From Amphiscolops sp. MND2022 (lineage: Eukaryota), in contig OZ076409.1 of the NCBI GenBank assembly GCA_964187785.1, positions 37,202,001 through 37,266,000 on the forward strand: 64,000 nt of DNA, in the 5' to 3' direction. The position numbers were made by a program, and so were the translations under genes. Of this stretch, positions 54,186-64,000 are shown piece after piece (within the stretch, counting starts at the first letter, position 1; each line of letters starts with the position of its first letter). Under the pieces are notes generated by a model that searched no databases, was not told the DNA's origin, and saw only the letters and a list, made by a program, of their open reading frames with translations.

Positions 54186-55260
54186 TGTGGGAACATAATT
54201 AAAAGTAAACGATTCTTTTCTACATAAAGTTGGTAATTGCGAAGTACGTTCCTCGTGTGATTCAAAGGTCGCAGTACTGGAACATTTTCGTTCATGTCTG
54301 AAATAACTGAGAACTTGCAATAGATGCTTCTTGTAAGATAGGACGTATACACAAGCCTCAACTTCAGTTGGAAGATGGTGAACTTCAATGATGTTGATTA
54401 CCCGATCATTGTTCCTTTTAAAAGATACTCATTGCAAAATTTTGAAAAACTTGCCAGTTCTCACTGTCCAACTAGCTCTGAGTGGTTTTCAATGGCAAGT
54501 CATAGATTATAGGCGCAACAAGTCACGCACTTGTCAACCATCAACAACGTGAAAGGATAAATCAGTCATGCTAGGATTTCATGCTAGGATTTTATGCTAT
54601 GCGGAAAAAACAATATTTCTTGTTATCTGGACTGAAACGTTTCCAATTGGCAGAGCAACGCGTTTTGTATGCATTCTTTTTGTATGCAAAACAACGAACG
54701 CGTGTTTTTAGTGATCATAGAATTCAGTCTCATCGATTATGTAATAGTAGTCAACACGACAGTCCGCATAGTTGAACTATCTAATTGGGAAATGAAGAAT
54801 CTCTCCAGAAACTTCAAAAATTGTCCTTAGAGATTAGCTGTTTCAGACACGTACCTCTCAAAAGTGGAAATTTGAATCACCCAAAAGGGGCAAAAAGGGG
54901 CGTGATTGTCTCGATGGAGAAATGAATGGTTATCGAAAACTTGAAGCCTATGTTTTTTCTACTGACACATGACGAACCAGGGTCTTACCGTAGCTATGGA
55001 TTGGTCCAAAATTCTATCGACTGATCAACAATCTAATCTCCTCTCTCTGTTCATACTATAATGGGAAAATCGTGGCAAATGTGTGTAGCCTGGCGTTTTC
55101 ATTGGACTCCATCAAATCACATTTTTGAGCATGTGCACTGAAATTCAGTAACAAATCGCTTGCACTTACAAGGGTTTTCACTCACCATAGCTCAAAATGA
55201 AATATCATGAATATTCCAAATATCATATTATCCATTTTAGCTAAATATTATGCAATCGGT

Positions 55261-56104
55261 AGCAAGATGGGAACGACTAAAATCGGTGCTATATCTTAGG
55301 CTTAAAAAGCAACATTTTTAAAATACGCAAGGAGGTTTTTATGAATAGAGAAAACAATTTCGAGACACTCAAAAGGTGCGTTTCGTGCTCGATAAGATTC
55401 GGAAGCCACTCTTCACTTATCCCCAACTGGAAACAAAAAAACATTTTTTGGAAAAAATCTATTTTTTTCTTTCGGAAAATGTCGCATAGTGCCGAAAACC
55501 CTAAGGAGTTCTCTATGCTCGCAAAACGTTTCGTTTCTAGTAAAAGCAAGTTAAAACAAAGTCCCATACAAAAATCGACGGTCTTAAAAGAACAACATTT
55601 CTATATAGCCTGCTGGTTCACTGAGAAAACCAAATTTTAAAACGAAAAATAATCATTTTGAAGAATCTCACAATGCCGAAAATTGTAAAGACCCTTTGGG
55701 CTTTATGAAAATCCAGTGTGTTGCAAAATATCGAAAAAAAAGAAAAGGGACGATTTGGAGACATTGAAAAATTTCCGAAAAGAATCCAAAATAAGAGATT
55801 TTTGAACAGTGTCACGGTGTCGAAAAATGTTAAAGGGGGCACCCTTTCGAAAAAAGTCTCATAGTGCCGAAAAAAATGTTAGTGAAAAACACCTAGGTAG
55901 TCAAAGGCAGGATCCTTAGTATGTTTTCGAGGTTCTGCATGTGTTTTGTTTTTTTGTTTTGTACGAGGTTATGACGTTTCGAGTGTTTTGAACATCAGTA
56001 GTTCAAGTTGCTGAACAAATGAACAAAAAAGTGGACCTTACACGTATAAAACAACTACCCACTGTAAGAGTAGGGCACTTTTCTTCAAAAGCGCTGACTA
56101 AAAA
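55261..56104 (-). mobile_element. HINE/DINE-1-like element, full length
   Basis: 3' end caagatgggaacgactaaaatcggtgctatatcttaggc at 55263; 5' end aaaagcgctgactaaaaa at ~56087-56104. Confidence 0.7.
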
Positions 56105-57838
56105 CCAGGTTGCTCAATACCTCAACATTCTGACATGATGCTTTGTCTTTCAACTTCCAAATGCTATTTCTATTTTGCAATATCAAACTAATGGAGCAAT
56201 TGAGCTCCTCCGAGCAAAAACTATATGAACGATGAAGAGTATCGCCAGAAACAAACGACCCTTAGAAACCCTATAAAAATGAAGGATCCACGTAATGAAA
56301 ACTATTTAAATGTAAAGTGATGAAGGAAAAAAATTCAAGCAATAAAAATTGCAAAAAAGAATGAAATTTCGGCCTCAGAAAAAAATAGTAATTTCGGGCA
56401 TTAACTTGAAATGAGTCATCTCAAATACCTGTTTTTCTTTTCTTTTTTGGGAATCTTGTATTTAAAATTCGATAGATAATTTTGTGGCGCTACTTATTTG
56501 AACAGCTGAAACCACGGCTCCTAAGCTGAATAATTCAAACATTTAATTTGTTCTGAAAATGGGATTTTACTTTATAAATAGACCTCAGGTTAATCGGGAT
56601 TTCTTTCCGACCATCCTAATTTAATTCCGAAAATCACATAAATTTTTCATCTCTTAATTGAAAGTACTAGAAGTGCTTAAAATGAATTGTACATCTTCTT
56701 CAAAATTACTGCAACTAGTTTTACTCTACATCAATGTTTTTATACGTAACCTTGTGAAAAAGACATCAAAAAGAGACTTGAACATACTTATATTTCCACG
56801 TCTATTTGCCTCTGATGATTGGGAGAAAAAACCCCGTGCATTCTTTTTGACCTCCCGGCAAAAATACGCAGAGGTTTTTTCTGTCTGGGGTATAATCTGC
56901 TGATTGGAACAATATAAAATCAGAGCAACTGATTGAATTATAAAGATTTCGTGAGCTTTTGGGACTGTTGCAACCGCATATCTTACGTAGGAAATTTACT
57001 AAGTGTTGATTTCACAAGACGCTCATCACTAGGTTATTTTGCGCCCTTAATTATTTTAACGAGGACTTATTTTAGGGCTCGATTGTGGCTGATGCGCTAC
57101 ATATCGAAACATTTTAATTTTGTTCGGATTTTTTTTTTTTTAAAAAAACAGAATTTTCTGCAATAATTGTGCTAAGAATCTAATTGTCTTCCACTTTGTC
57201 ATTCCACTTGGTAGATATTCGGGCCGACAAAACAATTTTTTCATTGAAAACTAAGTTGAAAGTCAAAAAATTTCTCAATTGAATTCTATAGAATTACGTT
57301 AATTGGTTCAAAAAAAAATTTTGAAGTTCAGTATTTCCTCATGAGAAAGGATATAATTGAGTATTTCATGAAAGCTACTGATGAGCTAATAGAAAATCTT
57401 TTGTCGAAAAAACAGGAAAAGAAAAATGAACCAATCATTTATAGATTTCTCAGCATGAATGAAAAATTCATGCAAAGTTTTCGCTCCACCTGTTTTAGAA
57501 ATTTAGGTTTGCCAAGTTTATGACACTTGATGGGAATAACGATTGAAATGAAGCAATTCAAACATCATTTTTACAAAACGAAACACTGCAGAAATTTATA
57601 CAGAAAAAATATCGTTTTAGTCCGGATATGAGCATTTATCAGCAGGTGGGTGACTATATTCCAAGATAGTCAGCTTTCACATGTTGGTGTTTTACAAAAA
57701 AAACAAGCCTGGAATAATCCAAGTTGGAGCCCCTGTTGATACACAAGAAGTGCAGAGATTCAAAAAGGCCACAGAACTGCTTTTATAATATTCAGAACCT
57801 AAAAGATAAAGAGCTCGAATGAGGAACTTTTGAAGCTA

Positions 57839-58631
57839 CCCAGGTTGTCTGTCATGGCTCGTTCATAAAAAATCATCCATGATCATGGATTTTTCGACGC
57901 ATTACTTCTCCTTTCATGGATAATCATGGATGGCCCATGGCAGGGCATGGCCCCATGGATCATCATCCATGATTTTGACCCATGATTCATCCATGATGTG
58001 CCATGTTGAAAACTTCGTTCAAAGTCGAACATTTTTTCTTACTGTGTCAGTTTTTGTCTCTTAATTCTGTCTCTTGTTTCTGAGGGTTACCTTAATGGCC
58101 CGGGTAGCATTAAGGACGCATTTCGGCACCGCGCATCCTGAAACCGCGAGATAGCTAAAGTTTTCGTTAGCATTAGGTGGGTTTTTGATAGTTTTGGGGA
58201 TGGTTTTTGACGGAATTTTTGGGACTCGTCGGAGGCCACGTTCTCGTCGTGAGTCCTGTCACGTGTGGTATATCTATAATATACCGCACTAGCAGAGAGC
58301 CTCCAACCCAGAATAAGGACATTTTTCAATTACTGAAAGCTTTGCTTTCAGTTGAAGTGAATGTCCGACATTATGCTTCTAACTTCATTTTGTTTCAGCT
58401 CAAGTAATGGAGAGTGGTCAAAAATTAGACCATATCCATCTTGTTTGAAGGCAGTTTTGGCTATCGGAACGGCCCGTTTCAAATTTTTTCAGCCATGGCG
58501 CATGTATTTCTATCCATGATTCATCCATGATTCATGGATTTCCATACATTGCCCATGTCATGGGGCATGCCATGGCGAGCCATGAATCATGGGTGAATCA
58601 TGGATGGCGGACCATGGCGTGACAACCTGGG
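57839..58631. mobile_element. CCC...GGG MITE (CACTA/EnSpm-like), 2-bp TSD TA
   Basis: TA-CCCAGGTTGTC ... GACAACCTGGG-TA; CATG-rich subterminal repeats at both ends. Confidence 0.8.
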
Positions 58632-59534
58632 TAGCAAATGCTTTTCCCAAACTGAAAACAATAACATGAATCATAGAGGGTGTCGCAGGCGGCCGCCTGT
58701 GACGGAATATTATACCAAGTCGGACCCGAAGACGATAACACTAATCCCGGACCGGGCGTACTGCCTATTTGAAAGAAAACTCCACAATACATTGATTATT
58801 TAATTAGCAATCTTCTCATGCACTTTAGTTCATTCATTTGTTGTTATTCTTTTCTACATGTAAATATGAAGTCTTATTAATGTGACTCAAGGTCACCTTG
58901 ACGGCATGAATAATCATATTTTGATGCAATCTTATGTAAATTAGTTGTTGAATTACATTTATAATAATGATGTGAACTAGTACCAAAAGGTGCAAAACGC
59001 TGTACAAGCAGTTAATTTGAATGATGTTGATAACAACAATAGAAAGCAAGATGGCTACTCAAGTGAAAGGAAACGCGTTCAACTGGTACGCTGCTGCCGT
59101 CCAGTTGACGCATAGTCACTTTGCTTCTATCCAATCACGGCGCTACATTTAGTTATAGTTCAATGCCGTCATGCGGACGTTAGGTCCGATTAGTTAACGC
59201 ATGTAGTATTAAACCTGTGGCAGCATGAAAATCACCGTTAACATGTAGTTGTTATTAACCAGTATGTTGCTTCTATTTATAGAACCTATGACGTGTAGTC
59301 ATATGACACCCAGTTACTATATTTAGAATTGTGATGTAATAGTTATTTTTAATAATGATGTCATTACTATTTTTAATCAATGACACCCCAAATACCGTAT
59401 GTCATGCTGTAGTTAGTATATATATGTAAGTTTCAAGTAATATTCAATCATTCAATACGATAATCTCAATACAAACCGTTCTGTTATACGCTTTCAATTC
59501 AACAATCTACTATTGAACAAAACCTTCTTTTGAT

Positions 59535-61331
59535 ATGCCCTCAACTAGAAGACAAAAGGCGAAAGAGAAACGTTCAAGGCAATCCGACATAATGTCTGAT
59601 ATTGAAAATCTAGATGTGATGCTCGGAAATTATTCAAACACTGAAATTAGGGACCAAAACGCAGTAGATGAAATAGAGATTGACCCTGAGTCAAATAGAC
59701 GGCATCAAGGTTTTAGCCATGAGGAAAGTAATTATAGGTCTCTTTTGAATGCAAATTTGAGTGAGAATAGTGAAGTTACAGTAGAAACCAGTAGAGCAAT
59801 CAGTTCGGAAATTTCTTCACAAATGTCAAGGAAATTGGAAGAAATGAAATCTGACCTAAATTCCCATATTATGGAGGTAATAAACTCTGCTATTGATGAG
59901 AAAATACTACCTAGCATCGAAAACGTCATAGTAAATCATAGGGAGCGCAAAAACACAAAGTTGGACCTTCGGTCAGATGGACGGCATCCGAGTAGAAACG
60001 TCCCTATGGACCAGACTTTGGACCTTGGGTCATATGGACGGCATAAAAATAAATTCAGCCAACAGGTCCAGGACTCAAGAGAGAATTTTCCTAGACTAAA
60101 CACAACAGTAAATAACCTTCCAAGTCATCAAATGGAATGTTCAGGAGATTCTGAACAGAGTGAAAATGAAGAAGGTTATGACATGGTGACAGGAGCCAAC
60201 CTTACTCCACATGTAGTCCCTGAATTTCTGACCGGACGTCCCACGCAGTCCCGAAACAAAATTCCCCATCAACAATGCGTCAATGATGACACATTAGACA
60301 CCACTCTCCCGGCACAAATTCCCTCAAACCCTATCAATGACCGGGAAACCCAACCCCAAACACCTTTAGACCCCATAAACAGACTTGCCGATGTCATTAT
60401 GGGAATGAACAACAAATCATCAGCGCAAACACTGATGGTACGACCAGTCAATACCGCCACACTCACATTTGATGGCAAATCTGAAAAATTTGAACTGTTT
60501 GAAGACCTCTTTCACACGGTGATAAAGATGCAACCCGAGATGACGGAAGCAATGAAAATTAATCATTTTCATTCACTGTTGCGCAAAAATGCCCTGCAAA
60601 CCTTCCGCAACATCAGTTCAGCAAATAGACAAACCTTAGAAGACGTACTAGCTGTGTTCCGTAGGAAATATGTCAAACCTGAATCCCAGGCAACTGCCAA
60701 ACACAAATGGCACAAATTGGTGTTTGACCCAAACACAATGAAATTGCCCGATTTTCTTGAGGAACTCAATCAGGGCGCCGAAAAAGCCTTCGGCGAACAC
60801 GCACAAGCCATGATTGACAGTCTGCTATACGCAAAACTCCCACCGAAACTCAAACGCTCAGTCAACATGGCGCGATTAGAGAATGCCACCTACGAAGAAA
60901 TTGTCACTCATCTCGAACGAGAACTGGAGCTGAATGGACTTGAGGAAGGTGACGACATTCCCGTTCCCACAATGTCAACAGCCCCGACAGCCACACGCCC
61001 GGGACAAGGACTCCTTTCATCAGGCATTGACCCAGGAATAACTTGCAACTACTGCAAAAAACCTGGACATGTCAAAGACGATTGTCGAAAACTAAAACGA
61101 AAGGAAGAGCAAAAACGCAATGAAGGCTCGGGTACCAAAAAAGAGTACCCAAAGTGCCCGACTTGTGACAAAACCAATCACCCGGCGGAGAGATGTTGGA
61201 AAGGCGCTGGAGCCCACCTCAAGCCCAAAAACCTCAAATTGGATAGTCCAAAGGAGGACGACGCGACCAGTAGTCGTGATGACCCTACCAACAAAACTAC
61301 CACTTCTATCCTTAAAAACTCAAAAAACTAG
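59535..61331 (+). CDS. gag: Gag, 598 aa, two CCHC zinc knuckles
   Basis: FDGKSEKFELFEDLF capsid-like region; CNYCKKPGHVKDDC and CPTCDKTNHPAERC. Confidence 0.95.
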   Translation: MPSTRRQKAKEKRSRQSDIMSDIENLDVMLGNYSNTEIRDQNAVDEIEIDPESNRRHQGFSHEESNYRSLLNANLSENSEVTVETSRAISSEISSQMSRKLEEMKSDLNSHIMEVINSAIDEKILPSIENVIVNHRERKNTKLDLRSDGRHPSRNVPMDQTLDLGSYGRHKNKFSQQVQDSRENFPRLNTTVNNLPSHQMECSGDSEQSENEEGYDMVTGANLTPHVVPEFLTGRPTQSRNKIPHQQCVNDDTLDTTLPAQIPSNPINDRETQPQTPLDPINRLADVIMGMNNKSSAQTLMVRPVNTATLTFDGKSEKFELFEDLFHTVIKMQPEMTEAMKINHFHSLLRKNALQTFRNISSANRQTLEDVLAVFRRKYVKPESQATAKHKWHKLVFDPNTMKLPDFLEELNQGAEKAFGEHAQAMIDSLLYAKLPPKLKRSVNMARLENATYEEIVTHLERELELNGLEEGDDIPVPTMSTAPTATRPGQGLLSSGIDPGITCNYCKKPGHVKDDCRKLKRKEEQKRNEGSGTKKEYPKCPTCDKTNHPAERCWKGAGAHLKPKNLKLDSPKEDDATSSRDDPTNKTTTSILKNSKN

Positions 61332-64000
61332 ATTTGCCACGACTCCATATTAATGAAAAATTACGCATCAGACAATATATAATATCTGACCCTCCTACTA
61401 TATACTATACAGAATATTACTCTTCTATTAAAGAAAATTCATCAGCTGACTGGCAGCAGCAGGTGAAGCATTTGCCTACTCACTTACACAACCCGGACCT
61501 TCAGTCCGACAGACAGCACTCTAATACTACGACCATTCGCCCCCTTCCCCTAATCGATAACTATAACCCATATTACCCTGACCCGGACTTCGGATTCGAC
61601 CCCTATTGGGACATTCAAATCTACAACCAACATCAGTTACACTTCTATCAAAACTTTACCAAAAACATTGCCGATATCGAACATGATCAACCTCACATTG
61701 ATCAGCTCCTAAACACAAAACTATCCACGGCCTCCGTTGACCCCTGGCAAAATGTGTCGATTAAGACCAATTCACCAATCCAGGAGGCAATAACCGAACA
61801 ACTTCCACACAATGGACCTTTGGTCACATTGACGGCAACAGTGGAAGAACGCTTTGTGAATACGCTGATCTCACGAAACGGTGAACCTGACTACGTCCCG
61901 TTGACGACCAACTTGGGACTCAAATACAAACGACGGATGCTTTACTTCCCCATGGATTTTGGCGAACTAACTTTAGATGGCCTTGTAGACACGGGAGCCC
62001 TATCTAGCGCTATCCCAGAAGCCGATCTACGTAAAATCCGATTGTTAGCCCCTCAATCAATAATTAAAGAGGGCCCGGCACCCAACTTCCAGATTATGGT
62101 AGCCAATGGACAGCTGGAGACTCCAAAGAGCACTGTTGAACTCAAATTCGAAGTCGGGGACATCGATTTCCACGAGATCTTCATTGTTATGGAAAAACTC
62201 ACAAGTCCGTTAATTGGTCTCTCGTTCCTGCAACGGAACAATACCATACTGGACATGCGTCAAGGAGTTTTGAACTTCCCTTTCTTCTCCATGCAACTGA
62301 AAACTGCTGACCACAAGTACACTAACGTCATGGAACCTATCTGTGCGCGGGAGGATATAACTATTCCCCCCAACGACAGACATATGGTTTCCATGTTCTC
62401 ACAACTCTATGACGACACAAACGTCACTGGAATTCTTCAACCGAGCAATGACCTTGCAGAAGATGGTGATATAACCTTCTGCGCTGCTCTAGTCACACTG
62501 ACCCAAGGTCAGGTATCAATTCACGTCAACAACTTCACTGACCAACCGTTCACCCTCAAAAGAGGTGCTCACATTGCCAATTTCTCTGTCCTCACACCAG
62601 AGCAGATGAAATACGTCAAACCCATTGATCCCGTGACAACTTGGCACCTTTTGAAGGATAACCCGGAAAATGCTGCCTATTATGCCAGTAGCCTGATCAA
62701 ATCCCCGAAAACTAACGATGATAGTGAGAACTACTGGTTCCCTACTCCAGAAGAACCAGGAGATCCTCAAACTCATACACCCATACAACAAAGAATCCTT
62801 AGGGAACTACGAAATCTCCAAGATTTAGAGAAACTCAACCCTCAGGATGACCCTGAATCGCGGAAACAATTTCTTGCTAACTTTGACTGGACAGACTCTA
62901 CGCTGAATCCAGCCGAAATTGCCCAAATTGAAGAATTACTTGTTGAATTTCACGACATTTTTGCACGACACCGTTTTGACATAGGTATGAACGAAGATTT
63001 CAAGGTCACTTTGACCCCTAAAGATGATTCCCCTGCCTATAGTCAAAGCTTACCTACTCCTATCAACCTCAAAGAAGATATCCTTGTAGAACTAGCACTA
63101 CTACATCGATATGGGATTATAACAACTCTCCCATTTTCCAAATATGCAAGTCCCATCTTTGCCCAGAAAAAACCTAACGGCAAACTTCGCCTCCTGGTTG
63201 ACCTCCGAAAGATCAACAACCTGATTTCTGACGATTACATCAACAACAACCATCCTGTCAGCACACTAACGGATGCTGCGCAGCACATGGCAGGCAAACG
63301 ATTATTTTGCAAACTTGATTGTTCTCAAGCATACCACTGCCTTCAGATGGCTGACCAGAGGTCAATCGAGATGCTGGCGTTCAATTTTGCCAGCAGAACC
63401 TTTGCCTATCGCCGACTTGCCCAAGGTCTAAGCAGAGCGCTGTCCGCATTCTCGAGCTTTATGCGCGAATACCTGGATAAAGTGATAAAAGCTGACCAAT
63501 GCGCTCAGTACGTAGATGATATTGGGATAGCTGCAAACGACGCCACTCAGCTCATCAACAACCTTCGAGCAACGTTCCAGTGCATCAGGACCGCTGGTCT
63601 CAAACTAACGATGCACAAGTGCCATTTCGGAGCCAAGGAAATCGACTTCCTGGGACGTACCATCACTCCTGAAGGGGTGCGGCCACAACGACCCAGGGTC
63701 CAGAATTTCTTGGAAAAGACCAAATTCCCTAAATCCAAGAAAGCACTTCAAAGATACTTGGGATTCTTGAATTACTACCGTAACTACATACCAAGGCTCT
63801 CAGAAAAACTCACACCGTTCTTCAAATTATTGAAAAGTGATGCCAAAGTCATGGTGACACCCGATCTGTTAGCGAAATTCACCGAGATCAACAAAGCTCT
63901 TGACCGATGTTGTGAACTGGCACTCAAACAACCTCTACCCGATAAACAGATAGCCCTGATGACGGACGCTAGTTTTTCGGCAGCAGGTTATGCGGTTCTC
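61316..64000 (+). CDS. pol: Pol (protease, dUTPase-like domain, RT, start of RNase H) in the -1 frame; 3' partial
   Basis: Open from 61316; LVDTGA at 61982, KLDCSQAYH, YVDD at 63509, MTDAS at ~63959. Confidence 0.95.
61322..61328 (+). other. -1 ribosomal frameshift slippery heptamer A AAA AAC
   Basis: X XXY YYZ in the gag frame directly before the gag TAG, inside a 16-nt gag/pol overlap. Confidence 0.85.

Larger units (their letters stand above)
58859..64000 (+). mobile_element. Apparently intact Ty3/Gypsy LTR retrotransposon, continuing past the window
   Basis: Uninterrupted gag and pol in PR-RT-RH order; 5' LTR start uncertain (TG at 58859 or TGTCAT at 59400); probable LTR end ...ATGACA at 60183. 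Confidence 0.93.

Noticed and set aside
47930..57000. Scattered minus-strand exon-like pieces near 47930, 48720-48775, 54300-54415 and 56790-56900
   Set aside because: Could not be chained in phase or assigned a product

Overview
AT-rich, repeat-dense eukaryotic (animal-type) genomic DNA with spliceosomal introns and one 200-N assembly gap. Host genes: (1) the last 8 coding exons of an SLC43A3-like MFS transporter on + (1129-28065), all splice phases consistent; (2) the convergent last exon of a neuropeptide precursor on - (28773-29188) with three KR-flanked hexapeptides MLSFST/LLSFST/MLNFST that I cannot assign to a known family; (3) a probable 38-aa small-ORF gene; (4) fragments of a short-intron gene downstream of a perfect RFX X-box. 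Much of the rest is transposons: a very young, internally deleted LTR element with a 5-bp TSD (21352-25862), two decayed Ty3/Gypsy elements, an apparently intact Ty3/Gypsy running off the right end, Helentron/DINE-1-like elements, CCC...GGG MITEs and a tRNA-derived SINE head. Most unusual: Gypsy elements whose gag ORF starts 100-200 codons inside the LTR, a spliced antisense gene carried by the young LTR element, a catalytically dead dUTPase-like domain in pol, and the unassigned neuropeptide. All calls are by eye; no searches were run.
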